Part shown: piece after piece, positions 42,630 through 51,433 of the stretch
Position numbering within the stretch: the first letter of the stretch is position 1
Layout: each line of letters starts with the position of its first letter
Source of the DNA: Minisyncoccia bacterium
GTDB lineage: Bacteria; Patescibacteriota; Minisyncoccia; Phycocordibacterales; UBA6065
NCBI GenBank assembly: GCA_044233485.1
Contig: JBIIJY010000002.1
Location: 74,047-125,874, forward strand
DNA length: 51,828 nt
Reading direction: 5' to 3'
The notes under the pieces: generated by a model
Seen by the model: only the letters and a program-made list of their open reading frames with translations
Databases searched by the model: none
Told to the model about the DNA's origin: nothing
Position numbers and translations under genes: made by a program

Positions 42630-45029
42630 TTATTTTCCTGAAGAAGTCGGTACTGGCTCTACTTCACACACACCACCCGCACACGCTAATTCTCGCCTTG
42701 CATCAGTTACATCCGTCTTTTCGTAAGCAAGGATTCGTGAGAAGTCGATATGTTTTACTTTCTCGACAAGTTCATTGTATCGAGCTTCGTTGATCGCCTC
42801 GTACGGCGCGAGCTGATACACATGATTGTCTCGTGGCAGGAATGAAAGTCCACCAACAATTTCCCAATTTTTATATACCCAGTTAGCAACAGAAATCCAT
42901 TCATCATCACCGACTGAAACCGTCACTGAAGGATTGTGCTCAGTGAAATTTGTCTTAACCATTTTCCAATACTCAAGCTGTTCGATCGCAGTCTGATCAT
43001 CTTTGAAGATCGAACCATGTGGTGCTCGAACCGGGAACTCGAGTACATAGGTATTTGCAGTTTCTAGTGACTGTCCTACCTCTGGAGAATATGGTACACC
43101 CTGGTCTTTAAGCATTTTGAAGAGTGAGTCCGTCGCTGAAATACGGATTCGACGAATATAGAATGGAGAGTGACGTGGATGCATGCCTGAAGATGAGTCA
43201 ACCATCTGTGAAAGTGTTCCTGATGGCTTCACACACGTAATGGCTGTTGATTCATTGATTCCAAACTTCTTTGCATAGAGCTTATTGACACGAATCGCTT
43301 CGGCCTTAAGTTTCTGCAGAACTGCTGGTTTGCGCACTTCAGGACTATCCCATTGACCAGTGATCGACACACCGAGGAGTCGCTCCGCCTCACAGTTTTC
43401 TTTCCATTGTGGAGAGAGGTATCCGAAATTTGTCAGAGATGACTGGAAGGTTCCCAGAATCGCGGCAAGTCGAATCTTTCGAGAAAGTGATGCTTCGGTA
43501 TCGTCTGCCCGAGCGACTACTTCTGACAAGTTACAGAACTGCTTTGATTTGAGAATAATCTCCGCACACGGATTCGTACCGATCTGACCGATAATGTGCT
43601 CACCAGTATGATCAAAGAAACCTTTGATTGATTTCAAGTACTTGATACGACGTTCTGGGAGAGATTTTGCTAGAGAGCCTCGATTGAAAATTCCACGCTC
43701 ACCTGAGCGACTTTCTATAAGTGACATCCATTCTTTCAAGAATTCCTCATTTGATGGTTTACGTACATACACCGCTGAGTTATTCGCGAGAGCTCGATGT
43801 GGGTGTGTCATGTAGAACGCCCCCTGCTTTGCTCGCTGTACTTCAGTGTCATTAAGATCAGAAAGAGAAATCATTGCACTTCGACGTACCCCACCTGAAA
43901 CCACACATTCACCGATCATACAAATGATATCGTGAAGATCGATATTTCGAAGACGCATTCCCTGTCGGGTAAGCATGACCTCACGAGTGAAGGAAAGGAG
44001 ACGCATGAGAGGTGCAGGACCAGAACTCTTGCCACCCATAGTCATCAGTCGAGCGCCGGCTGGACGAAGCTGTGAGAAATCAAACTCAACATCTTTTCCT
44101 GAAGCCCAAATATTCGTGCCGTGAACAAGCGCGTTAGCCCACCCTTCCTTTGTGTCTGGCACGACAAACGTAGGCATTTTTTCACCTGTCTGATATTGAA
44201 TCTGTGGGAATCGCTGAACGTTTTGACTCTCAACAGAATACCCTGCTCCAGTTCCGCACATCGAGATGTACATAATTTCGGCCAAATCCTGGAATGATTC
44301 TGGAGCAATGAATGAGCAGTTATACGCGCACACATTTGTCTTTCGAGCAGCATTACCAGCAAACTGCAGGAGACGCATTGAAGGCATTGCTTCCTGCTTC
44401 AAAATTCCCTCTCGAACCTCTTTGTATTCTTTGTCGGTAAGTTTTGAGCCAAGATTCTCTTTCATGAAAGCCATGTAACGGTCGACAGTCTCCACCCATG
44501 TCTCACGACGACCTTCAGCCTCAATCCATCGAGAGTAACTTCGATAGTACACGAGCTCACCGAGCGCATTACGGAAATATGACTTACTCTCCTTAGCTAG
44601 ATTCTCTACATGCTCAGGGATTTTGACAAGCGCCTCAGCAGAGCGCTTAGCAGCACGCTCCTGGCGATACAAAATGTATGACTTAGCAGTATTTACATAG
44701 TCAGAGAGCATGAGCTGCTGCTCGACGATGTCCTGCATACCTTCCACAGTCGGGAGGAAATTTTTAAACTTACGCGCTACACGCACAAGCTCTCCATAGA
44801 CTTTCTGTGCGACGATTTCTGCTTCAGCTGGTGTACCTTCGCCAGTCTGGAGCATCGCTCGAGTGATTGCGGTTACGATTTTTGAAAGGTCAAAAGGTAC
44901 AAGTCGTCCGTCTCGCTTCTGAACAGTAGCGATCAAAAATTTCTTTGAAGTTGCCGCTTCAGTCACTGACTCATTCTCAGGAGCTACAGACTTCGTCGTA
45001 CTTGTTTTTGCTTTGATTTGTTTAGCCAT
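42630..45029 (-). CDS. nrdJ: Class II (adenosylcobalamin-dependent) ribonucleotide reductase with an N-terminal ATP-cone
   Basis: ATP-cone VQKRDGRLVPFDLSKIVTAITRAM. Active-site region GTNPCAEIILKSKQFCNLSEVV. C-terminal CAGGVCEV. Single-subunit size of 799 aa. Confidence 0.85.
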   Translation of the reverse strand: MAKQIKAKTSTTKSVAPENESVTEAATSKKFLIATVQKRDGRLVPFDLSKIVTAITRAMLQTGEGTPAEAEIVAQKVYGELVRVARKFKNFLPTVEGMQDIVEQQLMLSDYVNTAKSYILYRQERAAKRSAEALVKIPEHVENLAKESKSYFRNALGELVYYRSYSRWIEAEGRRETWVETVDRYMAFMKENLGSKLTDKEYKEVREGILKQEAMPSMRLLQFAGNAARKTNVCAYNCSFIAPESFQDLAEIMYISMCGTGAGYSVESQNVQRFPQIQYQTGEKMPTFVVPDTKEGWANALVHGTNIWASGKDVEFDFSQLRPAGARLMTMGGKSSGPAPLMRLLSFTREVMLTRQGMRLRNIDLHDIICMIGECVVSGGVRRSAMISLSDLNDTEVQRAKQGAFYMTHPHRALANNSAVYVRKPSNEEFLKEWMSLIESRSGERGIFNRGSLAKSLPERRIKYLKSIKGFFDHTGEHIIGQIGTNPCAEIILKSKQFCNLSEVVARADDTEASLSRKIRLAAILGTFQSSLTNFGYLSPQWKENCEAERLLGVSITGQWDSPEVRKPAVLQKLKAEAIRVNKLYAKKFGINESTAITCVKPSGTLSQMVDSSSGMHPRHSPFYIRRIRISATDSLFKMLKDQGVPYSPEVGQSLETANTYVLEFPVRAPHGSIFKDDQTAIEQLEYWKMVKTNFTEHNPSVTVSVGDDEWISVANWVYKNWEIVGGLSFLPRDNHVYQLAPYEAINEARYNELVEKVKHIDFSRILAYEKTDVTDARRELACAGGVCEVEPVPTSSGK

Positions 45030-45278
45030 AAAAACTACCTATAAATTATCTGCTACTAAATTATATTCCGTCTCATATTTTTGAGGGCAAAAAAACTGCT
45101 CACGATTCATTTGAAACAGTTTTGTTTTTCAAACGACTCGGAAGCAGTCTTGTGCGCCACACACATGAGGCGGATATTCATTGTAGATAACTTTCGACTC
45201 TTGGGTACACTCATCGGTGGATAACTCACACTCTCTGAAACTAGTTTTGACAAGATGCAACCTTTTCTGTTTTGCACG

Positions 45279-45869
45279 CTAGAACTGAAATCGGTCTGTC
45301 ACCTCTATGCCAAGCTGTTCTGTGGTGCCCGCAGGTAGTTCTATGACATACTTCGCCCGAACTCCTTGACCGTAGACACGCGGATATGTCTCTGGAGCAA
45401 CATCTTTTTCAATAAGCACAACACGCTTCTCTTGGTCGAGCCAGATAATATCGAGAGCAAAATTCATATCTTTCATCCAGATCCCTTGAGAGTCAACTTC
45501 ATCAAACACAAACAGCATTCCCTGTGCTGGAGCCAGCGACTGACGATCACTTAGGCCATGAACTCTCTGGGCAAATGTTTCTGCTACTTCTAGTTTCAAT
45601 ACATGATCTTTCACTCGAGCCTCGATGAAGGCTGTCTCGCTTGTCTCTTGTACACGATCGACGATCGGACCAGTTGTATTTGCCGTCGGATCACCGATGA
45701 AGATAAAACCGATGAGCAGCGAGAAAAATGATACTGCCCCGAGCCAGAATAGGCGTCGTGCTCGTGGGCCAGAGACTACGAATGGCGTTCCTTCTTTTTC
45801 TGGAGTAGCTCCACGCTCATGGTGATACACCTGACTATTATGTGGATGATTTTTAATTTCTGGAATCAC
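45279..45869 (-). CDS. DUF192-family protein with an N-terminal membrane anchor
   Basis: GLSDRQSLAPAQGMLFVFDEVDSQGIWMKDMNFALDIIWLD. GTG start with TATACT at 45876-45881. Confidence 0.65.
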   Translation of the reverse strand: MIPEIKNHPHNSQVYHHERGATPEKEGTPFVVSGPRARRLFWLGAVSFFSLLIGFIFIGDPTANTTGPIVDRVQETSETAFIEARVKDHVLKLEVAETFAQRVHGLSDRQSLAPAQGMLFVFDEVDSQGIWMKDMNFALDIIWLDQEKRVVLIEKDVAPETYPRVYGQGVRAKYVIELPAGTTEQLGIEVTDRFQF

Positions 45870-45883
45870 CCCTCCAGTATACT

Positions 45884-46861
45884 CTATTTTAGTGAATAGA
45901 CAGGGTGCAGGGGCTCACCTCCTTCGAGGACCGCAATGATATTTGAGGCTGATTTAACTGCCATATCGATACGGGATTCATGGGTCGCAGAAGCGATATG
46001 CGGAGTCAAAATTACATTTGAGAGTTTGGTGAGTCCTCTAGCAAGCTCAGGTTCTCGCTCAAAGACGTCGAGTCCGGCACCGGCGAGCATACCCGCCTTG
46101 AGCGCTTCTACAAGGGCAACTTCGTCGACTACTGGACCGCGCGCAGTGTTGATCAGTAGTGCATTTTTCTTGAAGAGTGAGAGTGAATCACTGTTTATTA
46201 AGTGAGTGGTCTCTGGAGTCAGTGGCACATGAAGTGAGACGACATCAGCCACTTCAATCACCTTTTGAGGAGTTTCTTTGAAGACTGCACCAGACTCTTG
46301 TTCAAGAGTTTCGTTACGACGTATATCGTAATAGACAACGTTCATCCCGAAACCTTTTGCACCGCGACGAGCGACCTCAGCGCCAATCTTGCCCGTGCCG
46401 ATGATTCCGAGTGTCTTGCCAGTGAGACTTTGCCCCCAGAAAATCATCGGATCCCAGCCGGAATATTTACCACGTTTTACAAATGAATCACCTTCCACAA
46501 TTCGACAACTGAGCGCCAAGATAAGTGCCCAGGCATGCTCTGCTACCCGCTCCGCCCCACCGCCAGGAGTATTTGTCAGATACACCCCTCTTTTTCGAGC
46601 AGCTTCAATATCAAAATTATTAAACCCGATAGCATAGTTTGCAAAAATCTTCACAGTCGGAGCAGCCTCAAACACTTCGGCGTCGATTGTATCGGTTAGC
46701 AAACTCAAAATTCCATCATAGTTACCCTTACGCAACTTTTTTATCAACTCCTTTTTAGTCAAAGGTCGTGAAGCGCTACTTACCTCGACCTCATAACCTT
46801 TTTGCCGAAGGAGAGTCAGCCCTTCTTCAGGAATTGTCCGTGTCACAAAAACTTTTTTCAT
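45884..46861 (-). CDS. D-isomer-specific 2-hydroxyacid dehydrogenase (glyoxylate/hydroxypyruvate reductase-like)
   Basis: GKTLGIIGTGKIGAEVARR (NAD fold), LINTARGPVVDE, LTPHIASAT. Confidence 0.85.
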   Translation of the reverse strand: MKKVFVTRTIPEEGLTLLRQKGYEVEVSSASRPLTKKELIKKLRKGNYDGILSLLTDTIDAEVFEAAPTVKIFANYAIGFNNFDIEAARKRGVYLTNTPGGGAERVAEHAWALILALSCRIVEGDSFVKRGKYSGWDPMIFWGQSLTGKTLGIIGTGKIGAEVARRGAKGFGMNVVYYDIRRNETLEQESGAVFKETPQKVIEVADVVSLHVPLTPETTHLINSDSLSLFKKNALLINTARGPVVDEVALVEALKAGMLAGAGLDVFEREPELARGLTKLSNVILTPHIASATHESRIDMAVKSASNIIAVLEGGEPLHPVYSLK

Positions 46862-46888
46862 AGCCAGTAGTATACCGCGCTCGACTTT

Positions 46889-47668
46889 TTAATTCATCCG
46901 AACTGAGCTAATAATCGAAAGCTGGGTGGCGGCATCGACTGAATTTCTCATAATCACGTTTGTCCGACGACCATCAGCAAAAAAGATGTCGTAAATCGTG
47001 ATTTGCGCTTCCACTGACCGTATCGCATTGAACCCATCTCCACGAAGGATGGAAAGTGCACCCGTGTATTCCTGACCAACCTTAAGCACCAGTGCCGTCG
47101 CGCGAGCCTCGGCCTCAGCGAGAGTCTCTGCGCGTTTGAGCATATCCGGAGTTGTCTCAAGTAAATACGAAATAAGGGCAAAGTCTTGATTTGATTCTTT
47201 TTTGAGTTTCAACTGTAGCTTTGCACTCACCTCTGGCCCAAACGCTCGCTGTACCTGCTCGAGCTGACTTTCATTTGCAAACTCTCTCACCAGTACCCGT
47301 TCACCATTACTGTAAATTGCGACTGCCTCTTCTACAGGAGCATTCGGATTGACCTCGTAACGCGGTACACCCCAGGGAGTAGCGAAGGTTGTCTGATAAA
47401 TCTGACTACGTACCCCAAGTGAAGACCCACTCGCACGAGGGATTTGCTCATATGCTGGCACGCTCTGAAGTCGTGAGCGTTCAAGTGGCGAGAGTGCTTC
47501 CATCTGCACCTCAAACTGCGCAATGAGATTGTTAATTTCTTTTTGCTCCGCCGTACCAGAAAAAGTCGACTGGTTTCGAGCCTTTGACACACCAAAATAC
47601 ACCGCAGCCGCTATACCCGCCGAGACAATACAAACAATGAAAAAATAAATATAGAGCTTTTTAAGCAT
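46889..47668 (-). CDS. Hypothetical membrane-anchored protein
   Basis: I chose the ATG at 47668 (MLKKLYIYFFIVCIVSAGIAAAVYF). No family recognised. Confidence 0.5.
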   Translation of the reverse strand: MLKKLYIYFFIVCIVSAGIAAAVYFGVSKARNQSTFSGTAEQKEINNLIAQFEVQMEALSPLERSRLQSVPAYEQIPRASGSSLGVRSQIYQTTFATPWGVPRYEVNPNAPVEEAVAIYSNGERVLVREFANESQLEQVQRAFGPEVSAKLQLKLKKESNQDFALISYLLETTPDMLKRAETLAEAEARATALVLKVGQEYTGALSILRGDGFNAIRSVEAQITIYDIFFADGRRTNVIMRNSVDAATQLSIISSVRMN

Positions 47669-48533
47669 TGAGCTTGTTAAAGACACGTAGCTTTTCCTCC
47701 ACTACTGCCTGCATTGCATTTCGTGCTGGCGCGAGGAATTTATACGGTGCCACTTCGTCGGGAGAACCCTCAAGTGTTGCCTTGAGACCGTCTCGATACG
47801 CCACACGAAGCTCAGTATTCACATGAATAATCGCCACGCCCGCGTCGATTGCTCTTATGAAATCTTCGTTTGAGTTTCCTGAGCCACCATGGAGTACCAG
47901 CGGGACTTTAGTCGCTTCTGATACCTGCTTGATTCGCTCGATATTGAGTGCAGGATCTTTTCCACCTTTGAGCATTCCGTGAATATTCCCCACCGCTGGT
48001 GCAAGCATATCTGCTCCAGTTTCTTGAATAAAACGCAGGGCATCGTCTGGCTTGGTAAGACAGGCTTCATCGAGATGTACGTTCTCAGGAATAGCATCGA
48101 GTACTTTTGAAGACTTACCAATGAAACCAAGCTCCGCCTCAAGAAGCATCCCTGGGCGACGCTTGCGCATGTAACTGACTGCCTCTTGAGCAATCTTCAC
48201 ATTTTCCTCAAATGAAAGTTCGGTACCATCAAAAATAACTGAGTCGTATCCAGCATCCACCACTTCACAGACTCGCTTGAGCGAATAGGTATGATCAGCG
48301 TTGAGAAAGATTGGAAAATTCCATGTCTCGCGAGCGTGCTTGACGACAAGAGCAATTTCTTCAACTCCGATAAAATCTCGCTCACCTTCAGAGACACCGA
48401 TAATTACCGGAACATTGAGCTTTCGCGCTGCCCCCGCGACCGCCCAAAACCCTTCCATATTTGAAATATTAAAATGTCCTATCGCTACGCGTCGCGCCAG
48501 TGCATCAGTAATGTATTCTCGGTATGTTTTCAT
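47661..48533 (-). CDS. fba: Class II fructose-bisphosphate aldolase
   Basis: VAIGHFNISNMEG, FLNADHT, PLVLHGGSGNSNEDF. I chose the ATG at 48533 with TATACT at 48540-48545 lying 6 nt upstream. The track N-terminal extension runs into the divergent gene. Confidence 0.85.
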   Translation of the reverse strand: MKTYREYITDALARRVAIGHFNISNMEGFWAVAGAARKLNVPVIIGVSEGERDFIGVEEIALVVKHARETWNFPIFLNADHTYSLKRVCEVVDAGYDSVIFDGTELSFEENVKIAQEAVSYMRKRRPGMLLEAELGFIGKSSKVLDAIPENVHLDEACLTKPDDALRFIQETGADMLAPAVGNIHGMLKGGKDPALNIERIKQVSEATKVPLVLHGGSGNSNEDFIRAIDAGVAIIHVNTELRVAYRDGLKATLEGSPDEVAPYKFLAPARNAMQAVVEEKLRVFNKLNA

Positions 48534-48611
48534 GTATCTAGTATACCCAATAGCCACCGGTATACCACACACGAAAGAGACGAGCTTACTTTTTTCCTCT
48601 ATACTGTGAGT

Positions 48612-49613
48612 ATGTTTTTTCAAAAACCAATCGATTTCCTGGCTGTCGGAGATGTTGTCACTGATGCTTTTATACGACTCAAGGAAGCACATGTTCATTG
48701 TCGAGTCGATAGCACTGAATGTGAGATCAGCATGAAATTTGGTGACAAGATACCATTCGAATCGGCAACAGAGGTTCGAGGTGTGGGTAACAGCGCCAAC
48801 GCTAGTGTCGCGGCTGCTCGACTTGGTCTACGTTCTGCGTTGATTGCAAATGTTGGCGAAGACACTCACGGTGAGGGTTGTATTGAAGAACTTGAAACTC
48901 AAGGTGTCGATACGGCGTATATCAAAGAACATGCCGGCATCCCAACCAACTATCATTATGTACTCTGGTACGGTGATGAACGAACCATCCTCGTGAAGCA
49001 CCAAGAATTCCCGTACTCTCTCCCACGGATTTCAAAAGATCCGCGCTGGATCTACCTCTCATCTCTCGGGTCAAACTCACTTGAATTCCACGACACTCTG
49101 GCAAATTATCTTGAGGCGCATCCGAACATACAACTCGCCTTTCAACCAGGAACTTTTCAGATGAAAGCCGGACATGAACGACTCAGTCGCATCTACAAGC
49201 GTTCACAGGTATTTGTCTGTAATGTTGAAGAAGCTCAGCGAATTCTCGGCTCAAACGAGACCGATAAAAAAGCACTTTTGCGTGGACTTTTCGGACTAGG
49301 ACCGCGAATTGTTCTCATGTCTGACGGGCCACACGGCGCCTATGCATTTGATGGTGAAAAAACCTATTTCATGCCCATCTACCCAGACATTGCTCCACCA
49401 GTCGAGCGCACTGGCGCTGGTGATGCCTTTGCGTCGACATTTGTCTCTGCACTTATCCTCGGACTTTCACTTAAAGATGCGCTTCGCTATGCACCAATCA
49501 ATTCTATGAATGTTGTACAACATATTGGCGCACAGAAAGGCCTACTGACACGCACTGAACTTGAGGCATACCTTGCCAAAGCTCCTGAATTTTACCACCC
49601 CCAAGAGATCTAG
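48612..49613 (+). CDS. PfkB-family carbohydrate kinase
   Basis: FLAVGDVVTDAF, GGVGNSANASVAAARLG-like segment, TGAGDAFASTFVSAL. I chose the ATG at 48612 with TATACT at 48600-48605 lying 6 nt upstream. Confidence 0.8.
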   Translation: MFFQKPIDFLAVGDVVTDAFIRLKEAHVHCRVDSTECEISMKFGDKIPFESATEVRGVGNSANASVAAARLGLRSALIANVGEDTHGEGCIEELETQGVDTAYIKEHAGIPTNYHYVLWYGDERTILVKHQEFPYSLPRISKDPRWIYLSSLGSNSLEFHDTLANYLEAHPNIQLAFQPGTFQMKAGHERLSRIYKRSQVFVCNVEEAQRILGSNETDKKALLRGLFGLGPRIVLMSDGPHGAYAFDGEKTYFMPIYPDIAPPVERTGAGDAFASTFVSALILGLSLKDALRYAPINSMNVVQHIGAQKGLLTRTELEAYLAKAPEFYHPQEI

Positions 49614-49616
49614 AAT

Positions 49617-50459
49617 CTACAAAATATACAGATCCTGATTGTATTGCCCGACACCTACATACTCAGCCTCACCAGCCAGAATCGCCTCAAACGGTTTACA
49701 GGCAAAACACCCCTTCGCCCCACGTGGGCAGGTAAACACTTTCGTATCTCTGGCTTTTTTCACCTCACGCGCCACAGCAAGTACTTGTTCTCGAGCATTA
49801 GCGAGTTCAGGAAGGGGCTTCTCGACTGGAGCGTCGTCTTTATCTACATACCAATAACTCGCGCCAGTTACGGCTCGTTTTTGCAAAGCATTGAGAAGGA
49901 GTACGTAAATAGGTAATTGCAATGAATCTTCTTTTTCTTCGTTCTTCCCCGTTTTAAAATCCAAGATGTGAATACTGTCATTTTCAGGAACATACTGCAT
50001 CCAATCGATCTTGCCGCAAAGGATAATATTGTTCGCTTCATCGAGGTAAAAATTCGGGAGTTCCTGCTTCATTCGCAGTGCTTTCTCCTTGAGCGGTTCA
50101 GGATGAGCCTCGACGCGAGCAAGCATCGCTTCCCCTCGCTTCTTTACTTCCATTTCCTCATCTGCTGACTTAAATCCACCCCATTTTCCACTCACCTTTT
50201 TCCACGCAATCTGAAATTGATCAATGAGGCTTTTTTCGAAACGCTTTTCTGCGGGCAGTAGAGCCAGACCTTCAAGCACTTCATGCACCGACTGGCCGAG
50301 AGCCAGCGCGGGATTGGTGATATTTATTTTGTGACCAGTCTCAGGGTCTTTGTATACATTATGAAGAAAATAAGCGCGCGGGCACTTCAAAAAATCACCC
50401 ATGGAAGAGTGTGATACCCAGGTAGCGCCGTATTTATTTGAATATCCGCTTGAAGCCAT
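49617..50459 (-). CDS. PD-(D/E)XK nuclease, Cas4/RecB-like, with four Cys suggestive of an Fe-S cluster
   Basis: N-terminal FLKCPRAYFL. GKIDWM...IHILDFKTGK (D...DxK). C-terminal CPRGAKGCFAC. I preferred the ATG at 50459; the track start is GTG at 50507. Confidence 0.6.
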   Translation of the reverse strand: MASSGYSNKYGATWVSHSSMGDFLKCPRAYFLHNVYKDPETGHKINITNPALALGQSVHEVLEGLALLPAEKRFEKSLIDQFQIAWKKVSGKWGGFKSADEEMEVKKRGEAMLARVEAHPEPLKEKALRMKQELPNFYLDEANNIILCGKIDWMQYVPENDSIHILDFKTGKNEEKEDSLQLPIYVLLLNALQKRAVTGASYWYVDKDDAPVEKPLPELANAREQVLAVAREVKKARDTKVFTCPRGAKGCFACKPFEAILAGEAEYVGVGQYNQDLYIL

Positions 50460-50496
50460 TGTGTACTGGTATAGTATCATATTTGCTATACTACAG

Positions 50497-50859
50497 ATGA
50501 AAGGCACACCACGTATGACGGATATGACGGACGAATTCTTTACAAGACTCGTCGGTCAACCATACCGACGACACGACCCACATCTGCAGATTACAGAGCG
50601 TGGGACTATCGAAAACCTCAAAGTCAGAGCTGACACTACCGATGACTCAGTAGATGTAACAATCGAGCTTAAACGAAGGCAGATTGCCGGACGAGTCTGG
50701 CAACGGCTCGTTGGTTGGATACGCACACGAAACACTCCCCGGAGAGTTCAGATCACCGTAGATCTGGGGACTTGCAGTATGATTGTCGGGAAGCGACGGA
50801 TACGATTCCAAGCTCCTGATGGCCAAGTGGTCTTTATCAGACTACCCCACACAGGTTGA
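50497..50859 (+). CDS. Hypothetical Arg-rich small protein
   Basis: I chose the ATG at 50497 (MKGTPRMTDMTDEFF...). No family recognised, and the start is uncertain. Confidence 0.4.
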   Translation: MKGTPRMTDMTDEFFTRLVGQPYRRHDPHLQITERGTIENLKVRADTTDDSVDVTIELKRRQIAGRVWQRLVGWIRTRNTPRRVQITVDLGTCSMIVGKRRIRFQAPDGQVVFIRLPHTG

Positions 50860-50890
50860 GTGCCTTTTCCGAGGCGCTCTTCTTTTTTAT
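50858..50890 (+). terminator. Probable rho-independent terminator
   Basis: GAGTGCC-(8 nt)-GGCGCTC (one mismatch) followed by TTCTTTTTT. Confidence 0.45.
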
Positions 50891-51433
50891 TTACTGACAA
50901 CGAAAATTCTCACTATATATTGCAAAACCAACCTGACTCTGTGAGGGCACGTTAGCCACCGTACACCACCCTGTCGTACAGCCAGCCGGACAGCGAGCCA
51001 TCGGTTCACCGAAGGTATAGGCTCGAGACCCAATTCCATTTGCGAGCAGCTTATACCCATCTCGATTGGTATTTGTTAAATACATATACTGATTACAACC
51101 TGATTGCTGCGGGTCGGTGGGTAAACTACTGATATACCCCCCTGAGACAAGTCCTGGAATCCAATCAGCACTCGCGGTAAACCAAGCAGCAACGCAAGCT
51201 GAAGACCCACCATTCCAATCTGCTGGATCAACAGCCGGAGGATACGCACCATTGTCGATGAAATATGTCTCAATCGCAGTTTTGAGCTGCTGTAGTGTCT
51301 GAATCCGCACTGAATCCCTCGCCTTCCCCCGCGCGGTATTGAGTGAACTCAAGACAACACTTGAAAGCATCCCGATGATCGAGATGACGACGAGGAGTTC
51401 AATGAGAGTAAAGCCTTTGTGTTGTGTAATCAT
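50891..51433 (-). CDS. Type IV pilin (short leader)
   Basis: MITQHKG|[33 protein letters not shown]. The ATG overlaps the upstream stop (ATGA). Confidence 0.85.
   Translation of the reverse strand: MITQHKGFTLIELLVVISIIGMLSSVVLSSLNTARGKARDSVRIQTLQQLKTAIETYFIDNGAYPPAVDPADWNGGSSACVAAWFTASADWIPGLVSGGYISSLPTDPQQSGCNQYMYLTNTNRDGYKLLANGIGSRAYTFGEPMARCPAGCTTGWCTVANVPSQSQVGFAIYSENFRCQ

Noticed and set aside
42326-42726. Three overlapping (+) ORFs at 42326-42726
   Set aside because: The region is fully explained by RNase P RNA on the minus strand (GAGGAAAGTCCG and ACAGAATTCGGCTTA boxes), the nrdJ terminator and the nrdJ 3' end.
45030-45278. A possible riboswitch, NrdR boxes or oriC in the 249-bp region upstream of nrdJ. 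Two DnaA-box-like 9-mers on the - strand: TTATCCACC (45219-45227) and TTATCTACA (45183-45191)
   Set aside because: I found no B12-box-like GCCACTG core and no cobalamin-riboswitch helices. I also found no ACACnATATATnGTGT-type NrdR palindrome; only the imperfect CTCATATTTTTGAG is present. With one mismatch allowed, roughly ten DnaA-like 9-mers are expected in a window of this size, so two near each other is weak evidence. No dnaA or dnaN gene is nearby.
48474-48698. Long N-terminal extensions of fba (to 48698) and of the PfkB kinase (from 48474) in the track
   Set aside because: The extensions overlap each other on opposite strands and have no similarity to the families. Internal ATGs at 48533 and 48612 each have TATACT 6 nt upstream and give canonical N-termini.
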